Origin: a virus
Lineage: Duplodnaviria; Caudoviricetes
Strand: one strand, 5' to 3'
Length of the DNA: 64,000 nt
Virus record (IMG/VR): IMGVR_UViG_3300021387_000484
Location: 1-64,000 of that record
The translations under genes were made by a program, and so were the position numbers. Each line of letters starts with the position of its first letter. Position 1 is the stretch's first letter. Below, piece after piece: positions 29,392 to 38,400 of the stretch. A model generated the notes under the pieces. The model made no database searches, had not been told where the DNA came from, and saw only the letters and a program-made list of their open reading frames with translations.

Positions 29392-30567
29392 TCACGAAGT
29401 CTTTGCCCGCTTCTTCGAGTATTTCGATTCTTCAGGGTCCTGCCTTATCAGGGCGACTTTCAGCTTATGGTATTTACCACCATATTCATCCGTCGCTATT
29501 TCATGCCCGATGACTTGGAATGTGCACCCCCTCTGTAAAATAATTTCACATTCTGATGAGAAGTATTTCTGCTTCGATTTCCCATCCCACGAGCGCTTGT
29601 CTCCTAGCCCGTGACTTGAGAAAGGTTCAACGTACATCCCCTTCGTGCCTTTTGGGACATATATCTCCATACTTACGTTTGAATTAAACCCAGTTCCTTC
29701 TGAGGCTCCGGTACTGACAAATGCGTCGTCCGTACCCACTCTGCCAACCATGGATATATTGGACTCTGATGTATGATTGTCGGGAGATAAATATCCCTTG
29801 GGAAGCCCAAACATCTTCTCTGCCGCTTGCCTGTTAATGCCCCTGCGCAGGACCACGTCTTCTTGGAATTCAGATTTATCCAGTGCTTTGGTGACTCTGT
29901 CTATCTTCTCGTTTATTTCGGGTGTCTTTACATTTCCAGACCTCAGACTGTCATTCATATATGTGTACGCAGTCTGCGTGTAACTGTACAGGTCACTCTT
30001 GGTGTCCTCGTCAAGTTCATTCCAGACCCTTCCAGCCTGTGCTCTGTACTTGTCGTCAGCCTTCTTCTTCGTATCCGGGTTGAATGCTTTCCCCATTTTC
30101 TGCTGATTGATTGCCATGGCGGCTTTGTCGTCCTTGGTAAACTTGAAGTTGGGGTTCATTGAATTCGGGATAAATACCCGCACGTCTTTGCCGATATTGT
30201 TTTTGAAATCATCAATGTGAAGCATGCTTCCGTCTTCACTGCACTTGAAGTAATTACCCTCCTGAAAAGACTGATATAATTTCCCGCCATAAAGTATCTT
30301 CACATTAGCATCAGCTTTTGCCGTTTTAATGTCATCCATCGTCAGGCCGTGGGTCTTCGCGCTGTCTCTTCGTTTCTTTGAAAACGACGTAAAGTGCCCT
30401 TCCTTTGATATCTGGCGGTTGTGTTCTCCGCCACCCTCTGCACTGCCACCGACCTCACCCGGGCGTCCAGCATGGCCCCAGTTCCCAGACCCCTCACCGC
30501 CGTCAAATCGCCTGCGTCTGAGTGAGTGCCGTATTCGTATCAGTTGAATTTTCTTTGATAATTCCAT
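29392..30567 (-). CDS. Tagged ADP-ribosyltransferase, paralog 3
   Basis: RIRHSLRRRRFD plus GGEGSGNWGHAGRPG; LRRG, FVST, ECEIILQRG. Confidence 0.85.
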   Translation of the reverse strand: MELSKKIQLIRIRHSLRRRRFDGGEGSGNWGHAGRPGEVGGSAEGGGEHNRQISKEGHFTSFSKKRRDSAKTHGLTMDDIKTAKADANVKILYGGKLYQSFQEGNYFKCSEDGSMLHIDDFKNNIGKDVRVFIPNSMNPNFKFTKDDKAAMAINQQKMGKAFNPDTKKKADDKYRAQAGRVWNELDEDTKSDLYSYTQTAYTYMNDSLRSGNVKTPEINEKIDRVTKALDKSEFQEDVVLRRGINRQAAEKMFGLPKGYLSPDNHTSESNISMVGRVGTDDAFVSTGASEGTGFNSNVSMEIYVPKGTKGMYVEPFSSHGLGDKRSWDGKSKQKYFSSECEIILQRGCTFQVIGHEIATDEYGGKYHKLKVALIRQDPEESKYSKKRAKTS

Positions 30568-30577
30568 TGTCTTTCCC

Positions 30578-31759
30578 TCACGCAGACTTCTTCTTGGGCT
30601 TCTTCTTAGCCATCACCTTTTCGTACTCTGAGTTTGCGTAGTCCTGCCTCACGACGGCTACCTTTATCTTGTGCTTCACTGTTCCGTTTGCCTTAGTCAT
30701 CTCATACCCGATGACCTGCAAGGTCGTACCTCTTTGAAGAATCGTCTCACACTCACGGGAGAAGTCGCTCTGAGGGGAATGACCGTCCCAGTCAGTATCA
30801 CCATTCCCCATCTCTGAGAACGGTTCTGCATACAAGCCCTTCGTGCCTTTCGGGCACATGATTTCCAGTGATACATTTTTAAAGCTGAACCCGGTGCCCT
30901 GAGAAGAGCCACAGCTCATGAAGCCGTCGTCCGTGCCTATCCTGCCGACAAGGTTCATGTTGGACATCCGCATGTGTTTGTCAGGGTTTAAGTAGCCTCT
31001 TGGGAGCCCCAGCATCTTCTCTGCCGCCTCCTCGTCAATGCCCCTGTAAAGGACCACGTCCTCTTTGAATTCAGATTTATTGATTGCTTTTGTAATGGCA
31101 TTTATCCTCTTCTGCGTAAGACTGGTCGTATCGCTGTCGGCCCCGCGCAGGCTCTTGTTTATGGTCTTGTATCCGCTTGACGTGTAGCCTACCAATGCAT
31201 CTTTTGTGCCCTGAGGACAGCTGTTCCAGACTTCACCGGACTGTGCCCTGTACTTGTCGTCCGCTTCCTTTCTTGTATCGGGATTAAACGCTTTGTCCAT
31301 CTGCGTGCGGCTCAGCTTCATGGCGTTGCGGTCATCCTTGGTCACCTTGTAATTGGGGTTCATGCTGTTTGGAATGATGACCTTGACGGACTCGCCTTCC
31401 TTGAACTTGCGTATCTTACCCGTTTCCTTGCAGAAAAAGTTCGTGCCAATGGTATTGCGGTAGTGGTTCCCTTCGCTGTCCACGATGATGACATCCCAGT
31501 TATCCTGTGCCGCCTTCAGGTCACCGGCACTGAGCGCGTGCACCTGTGCCGCCTTTTTGCGTTCCCTGCTAAAAGATGTGAAGTTGTCTTGAAAATCCTT
31601 CTGGCGGTTGTGCTTCCCACCGCCTTCAGCGCTTCCACCCACTTCTCCGGGACGGCCTGCGTGGCCCCAGTTGCCTGAGCCTTCGCCCCCGTCCATGCGC
31701 CCTGCGAGCGACTTCCTTATGCGTTTCAGGCTCTTATACATGAGCTTTTCATCAAACAT
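30578..31759 (-). CDS. Tagged ADP-ribosyltransferase, paralog 4
   Basis: RIRKSLAGRMD plus GGEGSGNWGHAGRPG; LYRG, FMSC, ECETILQRG. Confidence 0.85.
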   Translation of the reverse strand: MFDEKLMYKSLKRIRKSLAGRMDGGEGSGNWGHAGRPGEVGGSAEGGGKHNRQKDFQDNFTSFSRERKKAAQVHALSAGDLKAAQDNWDVIIVDSEGNHYRNTIGTNFFCKETGKIRKFKEGESVKVIIPNSMNPNYKVTKDDRNAMKLSRTQMDKAFNPDTRKEADDKYRAQSGEVWNSCPQGTKDALVGYTSSGYKTINKSLRGADSDTTSLTQKRINAITKAINKSEFKEDVVLYRGIDEEAAEKMLGLPRGYLNPDKHMRMSNMNLVGRIGTDDGFMSCGSSQGTGFSFKNVSLEIMCPKGTKGLYAEPFSEMGNGDTDWDGHSPQSDFSRECETILQRGTTLQVIGYEMTKANGTVKHKIKVAVVRQDYANSEYEKVMAKKKPKKKSA

Positions 31760-31770
31760 CGTCAGTCACC

Positions 31771-32685
31771 TCACTTCGGCGTTTTAAAGGTCTCTTTCTC
31801 GAACACGGGCACGGCACAGCACCTGCATCCCGGCGCCTCTCCGGGGTTATACTTTTTGCCCGTATATACGCGGCCCCTTGACTTTGTCATGTACCAGTCA
31901 TCAGGCGGGTCATCCCACGAAAAGGTCTTCCCATCGAATGTCCTGTGGCATGGCCTTACCCTGTCGTCACGGCATGATATCCAGACGTATTTTTTTACGC
32001 CTGCCGCCTGCTGATACATCTTCATCATCCGCGCATTCAGGGAAGATATCGAATCCACCGCCGCGAACTGCCCACGGTTCATTCTCTGTTCAAGACGCTT
32101 TAGTATCTCGTACTCAAGGTCGTCTATATCCACGCCGCCCCTGTATGCATCCGCTATCAGGTTCTCTATCTCTAGGAGTGTTTCCATGGGGATATTGCGG
32201 ATATAGTTGAAGTTCTCCGATATCCACCTCTGTATCTCCTGCTCATACTGCCCGCCCCTGTAGTCGTCATCCGGGACATCCACACCCAGTGAATCCTTTA
32301 TCGCCTGTCTCCACTCGGCGATGGACCTGTCCTGTACCATCCTGCCGATTTTCCCTATCTTTTCTTCAAGGTGCAGTCTTGCAATGGACCTTGCCAGTGC
32401 GGATGCCATGCCGTACACCTTGTTCTTTAGAAACGACAGAAAGTCGGATATGCCGTCCTCGCGGGTGTCTTTTCGCATCTGCCTCTTGTAGGCCCTCAGG
32501 ATGTACGGAAGCTGTTTTTCCACCTGCTTCTGAAGGGCCTGAACATAGTCCCTGTTGATGCGGCGGTACTCCCGTTCCGCAGTGTAGGGATAGCGCGGGG
32601 CATACCTGCTACGGATACGCTTCTTGCGCCCAAATTTTGGCTGTATGGCGTTTTCCGCCCTGTTTTGATAATCTATACCATTCAT
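31771..32685 (-). CDS. MuF/SPP1 gp7-like minor head protein
   Basis: GVKKYVWISCRDDRVRPCH..DGKTFSWDDPP..PGEAPGCRC. Confidence 0.88.
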   Translation of the reverse strand: MNGIDYQNRAENAIQPKFGRKKRIRSRYAPRYPYTAEREYRRINRDYVQALQKQVEKQLPYILRAYKRQMRKDTREDGISDFLSFLKNKVYGMASALARSIARLHLEEKIGKIGRMVQDRSIAEWRQAIKDSLGVDVPDDDYRGGQYEQEIQRWISENFNYIRNIPMETLLEIENLIADAYRGGVDIDDLEYEILKRLEQRMNRGQFAAVDSISSLNARMMKMYQQAAGVKKYVWISCRDDRVRPCHRTFDGKTFSWDDPPDDWYMTKSRGRVYTGKKYNPGEAPGCRCCAVPVFEKETFKTPK

Positions 32686-32719
32686 GGCTTAAAACGCTTT
32701 CTGGGGCATTCTGAACGGC

Positions 32720-32866
32720 TCAAAGGACACGCGGTTCATCGACCGTTTCACTATCGTCATCCGCAGACTTGTCCTTTTTGCTGACTCCGCGCATCGCATC
32801 GCACACCCTCTTCCACTCGGCAAAGAACCAATCTACCCATCCAGCTTCGCTTGTTCCCGGTTTCAT
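32720..32866 (-). CDS. Unannotated 48-aa protein (MKPGTSEAGWVDWFFAEWKRVCDAMRG...)
   Basis: AAGGAG RBS; fills the gap upstream of MuF. Confidence 0.45.
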   Translation of the reverse strand: MKPGTSEAGWVDWFFAEWKRVCDAMRGVSKKDKSADDDSETVDEPRVL

Positions 32867-32912
32867 CAGATTCTCCTTTTAAGACCTTCATCAGTTCTTC
32901 CATGTTTTCCAC

Positions 32913-33182
32913 CTATACGGTCGGAATAGAACGTCCCGCAAGCGACGCCCTCTCGACGACTTTCCCCTCCCACGTGTAGTAGGGGTCAGTCATTTTTGGA
33001 TGGTCCTTGGCAAGGTAGTATGCACCGCCCGACTCATTCATGACGTAGTCCTCGAAGTCCCTTTTCTCCTTGTCTGTTGCTGAGGGCTTTAACCGCAGGT
33101 TGAAAATATCGTACTCATCCCCGTACCGGTCCACTGTTTCCAGTTTGTTCCCCCATATCTGTTCAGGTGACTTTGGTGCCAT
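32913..33182 (-). CDS. Small paralog family member 2 (DPYYTWEGKVVER)
   Basis: AGGAGG RBS; paralogy with 24517 and 40945. Confidence 0.7.
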   Translation of the reverse strand: MAPKSPEQIWGNKLETVDRYGDEYDIFNLRLKPSATDKEKRDFEDYVMNESGGAYYLAKDHPKMTDPYYTWEGKVVERASLAGRSIPTV

Positions 33183-33192
33183 ACTGCCTCCT

Positions 33193-33474
33193 TTAGCTGT
33201 TCATCCTCTCTGTTTCCGAAAAATCTTTGCCGACAGCCCATCCGCCAGCGCCGCCTATAGCCGTGCCATTCCGGTCTATCGGGATATGCACCCCGTTCCT
33301 TAGCGTTATCCACCGGACCGGCTTGTCAACCGGTCCCTGTAGCCTGTGCAGTGTATCAAGTGACGCGTCCTGTGCAAGCTCGCGCCCTGTGATATCACCC
33401 CCACATTTGGCTTTCCTTTGTTCAAGCGCATGGCGTATCCTCGCAAGCGCGTTATCGACCGATGTTCTGTCCAT
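33193..33474 (-). CDS. Tag-only cargo protein (leader and WIT tag, no payload); possible remnant
   Basis: LARIRHALEQRK..WITLRNGVHIPIDRNGTAIGGAGGWAVGKDFSE, then stop. Confidence 0.6.
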   Translation of the reverse strand: MDRTSVDNALARIRHALEQRKAKCGGDITGRELAQDASLDTLHRLQGPVDKPVRWITLRNGVHIPIDRNGTAIGGAGGWAVGKDFSETERMNS

Positions 33475-33487
33475 GGGATTTTCCTCA

Positions 33488-33516
33488 TAAAAAAACAGGG
33501 CTCTCACCCCGTCTGT
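33488..33516 (-). terminator. Possible terminator after the zincin gene
   Basis: acgggg-tgagag-ccctgt followed by a T run. Confidence 0.5.
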
Positions 33517-33537
33517 TACCTTCTGCCATATAAGCCG

Positions 33538-35121
33538 TCACATAATGCCCGTCTTTTTCATCATGTCTTCCATGACCTCGCGGACCGCCAGCGCAACTTC
33601 GCTTGGGTTGTCGGAACATCTCGCCTCTGCCATGGCTTCAGCTATGAATTCCGTGTTGCGTCCATAGCTCTTATTCTCCCAGCCATCTTCGTCTATGCCT
33701 TGGTTCACTGAGGCATATCTGCTGACCTTCCATCTCACTTCGCCTTCCTTGCCAGCGTCATAACTTCCGTACAGCTTCTCCTGTACCCTCTTCATGATTG
33801 TGTTGGCAACACTTCCTTCGAATAGCTCAATGCCGCTGTCTTTCGCACGTGCCTTGATAAGCTTTTCTATGGCATGTGCCATCTCATGGTCAACAATGGA
33901 AGCATGGTCCGTGCCTTTCGGATGGTATCCACTTTGTACGTCTTTTTGATACTTGGCGGAAACATCACCTCTGAATGCTTCGGGCACTTTCTCAGGGTCT
34001 CCAAAATAGCCCTGTGCAAAACTCACATGCGTACCCCTCGCAAATCCATAGATGCCGGTCAGGTCTTCGTGCTCCTTTGAAAAATCGTGGCAGTCTATCC
34101 CACCCAGTGCACCTTTAAGCCCCGGATAGTCCTGCATCATCTTCTCCATTCTTACGGCGCATGCCTTCGCGTTCGCGTCTGTCATTTTGGAGATTTCAAT
34201 TTTTCTGTCACTCTCATAGGAGTCTTCACCCTCGCCCCTGAAGTAGCCTTTTGCCCTCAAGTAGTCAGTCACTTCCTGCGCTGTCTCGCACTCATCGGCT
34301 GTATTAAAAGTACTGAGAACGGCATTGTCACGTTCTTTTACAGCCGCCTCATACTCCTCTGAAAACTTGCGGTATTCTTCACCGGCCCCCTTTGCTTCAT
34401 GGTCAGCAAGTGCTTTTTCCAGCTTCTTTTTTTCGTTTTTGGCTGTCTTGATATACCGTTCCGTGGTTGAAATTGTCTCCATCTCGTGCGCCAGCATACT
34501 CGCTTCAATGGATTTATCCAGAAGCTCATTGGCTTCTTCGTCTTTTGCCTTCCATTCGTCTGACCCTTTAGGATAAGTATCCCTCTCAAGCCTTGCATCG
34601 TAGTATGCGTCCTTTGATTCTTCTGCCTCTTTTTCGAGCTCTTGACGAGTCTTCTTTCCAACCTGTGACTTTATGTTTTTCTTTTGTTCTTTTACTTCAG
34701 CTTCTTTTTCATCTATATCCTTCTGATGCGCATTAACATTATATCGAAGCCGATTTCTTTCATCTTCCCATTCGCTTCTCAGATACAGGGCCTTTATGTA
34801 CTTATCACGAAGGTCTATGCATTTCTGTCTCGCCGTAGCAAGTGCCGTCCTAGCGGCTTCCTTCCCTGCGGAGGCAACTGCCCCAACGGCCTTCTTCGCC
34901 TTTTTGACGACCTTGGCATTTGCAAAGGACTTGCCCTTCGCCCAGCCTCCCGCACCACCGATGGCTTCGCCCTGAGCGTTCAGGGGCACGTGTTCTCCAT
35001 TGCTTTTAAGGGTAATCCAGCTGTCCGGTTCTTCGTCGTAACCGCCCTTGGCGTCCATCCTCCTCCGCCTGAGAGAGCGACGTATCCGTATTGTACTTAG
35101 AACGATTGATAGTCTGTCCAT
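33538..35121 (-). CDS. Tagged cargo protein: coiled coil plus zincin metallopeptidase (paralog of 24807-26582)
   Basis: IRIRRSLRRRRMD plus WITLKSNGEHVPL; HEMAH ... EFIAEA. Confidence 0.75.
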   Translation of the reverse strand: MDRLSIVLSTIRIRRSLRRRRMDAKGGYDEEPDSWITLKSNGEHVPLNAQGEAIGGAGGWAKGKSFANAKVVKKAKKAVGAVASAGKEAARTALATARQKCIDLRDKYIKALYLRSEWEDERNRLRYNVNAHQKDIDEKEAEVKEQKKNIKSQVGKKTRQELEKEAEESKDAYYDARLERDTYPKGSDEWKAKDEEANELLDKSIEASMLAHEMETISTTERYIKTAKNEKKKLEKALADHEAKGAGEEYRKFSEEYEAAVKERDNAVLSTFNTADECETAQEVTDYLRAKGYFRGEGEDSYESDRKIEISKMTDANAKACAVRMEKMMQDYPGLKGALGGIDCHDFSKEHEDLTGIYGFARGTHVSFAQGYFGDPEKVPEAFRGDVSAKYQKDVQSGYHPKGTDHASIVDHEMAHAIEKLIKARAKDSGIELFEGSVANTIMKRVQEKLYGSYDAGKEGEVRWKVSRYASVNQGIDEDGWENKSYGRNTEFIAEAMAEARCSDNPSEVALAVREVMEDMMKKTGIM

Positions 35122-35134
35122 CTGTTTTCCCCAC

Positions 35135-35162
35135 AAAAAAAGGACAGCTTTCACTGTCCTTT
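35135..35162 (-). terminator. Rho-independent terminator
   Basis: aaaggacag-tgaaag-ctgtcctttttt. Confidence 0.75.
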
Positions 35163-35413
35163 CAACCTCTTCTTTTTGGCCTCCACCCGGCTTTCCACTT
35201 TGCCTTGTACTGGTTCAGGCTCTCCCTGTTAGCGCACAGGTCCTCGTCCGGGTCTTCAAGCTGTATCGGGTCATCAACCCAGCCGCATACCTCGCATGTG
35301 TCAAAAGACCCATCATAGGGGAATTCGTATTTCCCGCATACAGGGCACATATGCTGGCTGTCTTTCCTCATGTACTTTATCACGTCACCCCTCCCTTTGT
35401 TTGAGTCTGTCAA
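35162..35413 (-). CDS. CPCC-type cysteine-rich protein, candidate immunity protein
   Basis: CPVCG..FDTCEVCGWVDD..Q..DPD..AN..SL. The real start is probably a few codons downstream of 35413. Confidence 0.75.
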   Translation of the reverse strand: MTDSNKGRGDVIKYMRKDSQHMCPVCGKYEFPYDGSFDTCEVCGWVDDPIQLEDPDEDLCANRESLNQYKAKWKAGWRPKRRG

Positions 35414-38400
35414 AATATGCGTTAGCCTTGCTCAGGTTGGATTCGCCCGTCTCTTTATTGTACTTTGCTTTATAGTAACTCAGGAAGAAACTGCCCGGAA
35501 TCCCAAAAGCAATCTCGCCCGTTTTTCTATTGAAGCGAACAACAACAGGCTTCATGCTTGTTCCCGGTGCCGGTTTACGGAGATATCCGTCAATATCACC
35601 CCCGACAGGCTGTTTTATAAAGTCGATTGCCTTTTTGTTATACTCCTCCTGACTACTGACACCAACTTCCACCCAGTGGTCCTTATGGTCATCCTCGCAC
35701 TCGGTATTCTTCATCCCGGTGCACGGGACGTTCTCGCCGTATGGGGACGGGTCATCTATGGTGCCTTTTCTATAGGGGTCCGTTTCTTCCTTCTTCTCAG
35801 GAGTGCTGTCCTCTGGCTTTGGTTCCTCTTTTTTGGGCTCCTCTGGCTTAGGTGCCTTGCTTTCTGGCTCAGCCTTTGTCTCAGGCGCCTTAGCCTCAGG
35901 TTCAACCTTAGCTTCTGTTGGCTTTTCGGTACCCTTTGCCTCTTCTGGCTTCCCGGAAGGGGCAGGTCCCTTTGTCTCAGTGGTGCCCTTTCCACCTGTA
36001 GTGATAACGGAAGCCTTCCCGTTCTGCACTACATATATCGGTTTTTTGTGGACGTGGCGTATCTTGGACCTTCTGCGGGGCTTCTTCTTTTTTTCCTCGG
36101 TTTTTGCCTCAGAAAAGTCCTTGCCTTTGGCCCAGCCGCCTGCGCCGCCCAGTGCCTTCCCGTTCTCATCCAGCGGGATATGCGCACCCTTCTCAGTGGT
36201 TATCCACTCAGCAGGCTCCTCGTCGCAATGTACTATGTCCCTCGCTACAATGATTGTAACATTGCCGCAGACAGAGTCAAGTAATTTCTCGGAAATATAT
36301 TTGTTTCCGCATAACCACAACTTGCTCATCAAGCCATTTCGGGTCATAGGCGCATGTTTTTTCGCTTTGTAGGCTTTTCCTCCGATTACGCCGTCACTGC
36401 GGTTCGGTCTCCCGATGATGAGCACCGGTATCGTTTCAATCCCGGCTTTGTACGCGGCTACGGCCCTGTGCCGCCCTTCCTGTCCCATGTCCTTGTAGTT
36501 CAGGTATGGAAGGTCGAACTTCACGCCCTTCTTCATCTGCTCGGCATACTTGTCCGTGGTCTTTTCATCAACTGCACCCATGGTGCTTTCCATAGTGCCG
36601 TTGTGGAAAATCTCATAGGCGCACCGCTCAAGGTACTCCCTCGGAGACATCTCTACAATCCTGCCTTTGCCGTTCTCAAGGTATTCGTCTCCGAAAGAAT
36701 TGCTGGTCTTGTCAAGCGTGAAGCCCTCATAATCCTCCTGCTTGGCGTCTTTAAGCTTGTTTGGCTTATAGGCCGCGACCTGACGCTTGTGTTCTTGCTC
36801 TTTCATCTTGTCGAGCTTTTCCGACGCCTCATCCCTAGCTTTTCTCTGCTTATGCCAATCTTCTTCGACCTTTGATAATTCTTCTTTGAGCCTTTCCCCT
36901 TTCTTGGTGTATATCCTCGGCTTTTTCCCTATCAGTGACTGGTACTCATCTTCCTCGTCCCACTCATCTTTGGGCTTCGGCCTGCTCTCAGCCTTTATGG
37001 CTTCTTCAAGTACTTCGCGCTTAGCCCACAGCTCATCGGCTTTTTCCCATGATTCTTTATGGGCGGCGGCTACGTCCTTAAACGCTTTCGTATCCCTGTA
37101 TGAATGTACCGGCAAAAAGTCGGTTAACTTCCTTTTCCCGACTTCTGGCGTGGGACGGTGTTCAATGGTGGGTTCGCTCTTCGCATGAGAAAAGTCCTCT
37201 CCCTCAAGGTCGCCGCCGTTCACCGCCTTGCCTTCTTCATTCAGGAGTATATGCGTGCCGTTTACGGTTATCCAATCCTCGTCATAATCACCGATGTCAA
37301 AGTCATCAATGAGTTCATCAATGGGTTCGTCTTCAAAAGAAGCATCAGTCCTGTTGCGCCTGCGGATGTCCTCAAGCCTGCTAAGCTTTGACTCAAGCTG
37401 TAAATCAAACTCGCCTTCGCTGTCCGCTTTAGTCTCCTGAACGTCATTGGTCAATACCCAGCCGACGACCTTGCCGTCCTGTATGGCTTCAACCTTACCG
37501 TCTTTTGCCGGGCGGAAAGTGATAATCCCTTCTTCAGCAGAATCCTTGTTCTGCCTGCCGTCAAGGATGATGGTCTTGGTCCTGTTCAGGATAATAGTGT
37601 AGGAAATCTCATCAGGATTTGTGGCGTATTCGGTGTTATACCTTATCGCATCGTACCCCATCGCCGCCGCATATACGCCGATGTTCATGAACTTTTGCCT
37701 GATAGCCATGGAAGACTTGTCCAGCTGGTCCAGCGCTTCGGCAAGTTTCCCGTCTGCCTTTTCTTTTATGCCCTTGCCGATAGCTTCCAGTTTGTCCAGC
37801 GTACTATCGTCAAAGGATTCTGCGGCCTCTGCCATTTCGCTAAATGACACACCGCTTCCAGCCGGGTCCGTATTATACTTTGTGTATGTATACGCCTTTT
37901 CGCCGTACTGCTCCTTTACCTTGTCAAGTTCCCCGTCTATGCAGTTCTGGCTAATCTTCCTTCTCTTCTCAACGCTCATTGTCCCCCAGTACTGACTCTC
38001 GGCCTCTTTATAGTCGACAATCTTTGCACTCGGGTCCAGCGTCATTGTCTCGGTATAGGAAACAGGGCTCTTTGTACCTTCCTGCTTAAAGCTGTCTTCG
38101 TACTTATCATGGTAGCCCTGTATTTCTTTTTTGACACCGTCGGTCATCTGCCCCGTATAGCTTGAGGCTGTATACATGCCCTGCCCCAGAGCCTGCCCGC
38201 CGTAACACTCCACGTAAAACTCGCCGCCGTACAGGGCGTCCCTGTAGGCATCCAGTGTCTTCTGGTCAGACGCCATGTATATACGTTGTGCTACCATGCC
38301 GCTTGCCTTCACGGCTTCGTCAAACTCTTTCTGAGATACAACCTTGGGAAGACCGTCGAACCCCTGCTTATGGATAACGGTAACTATATCAGGGTCACCC

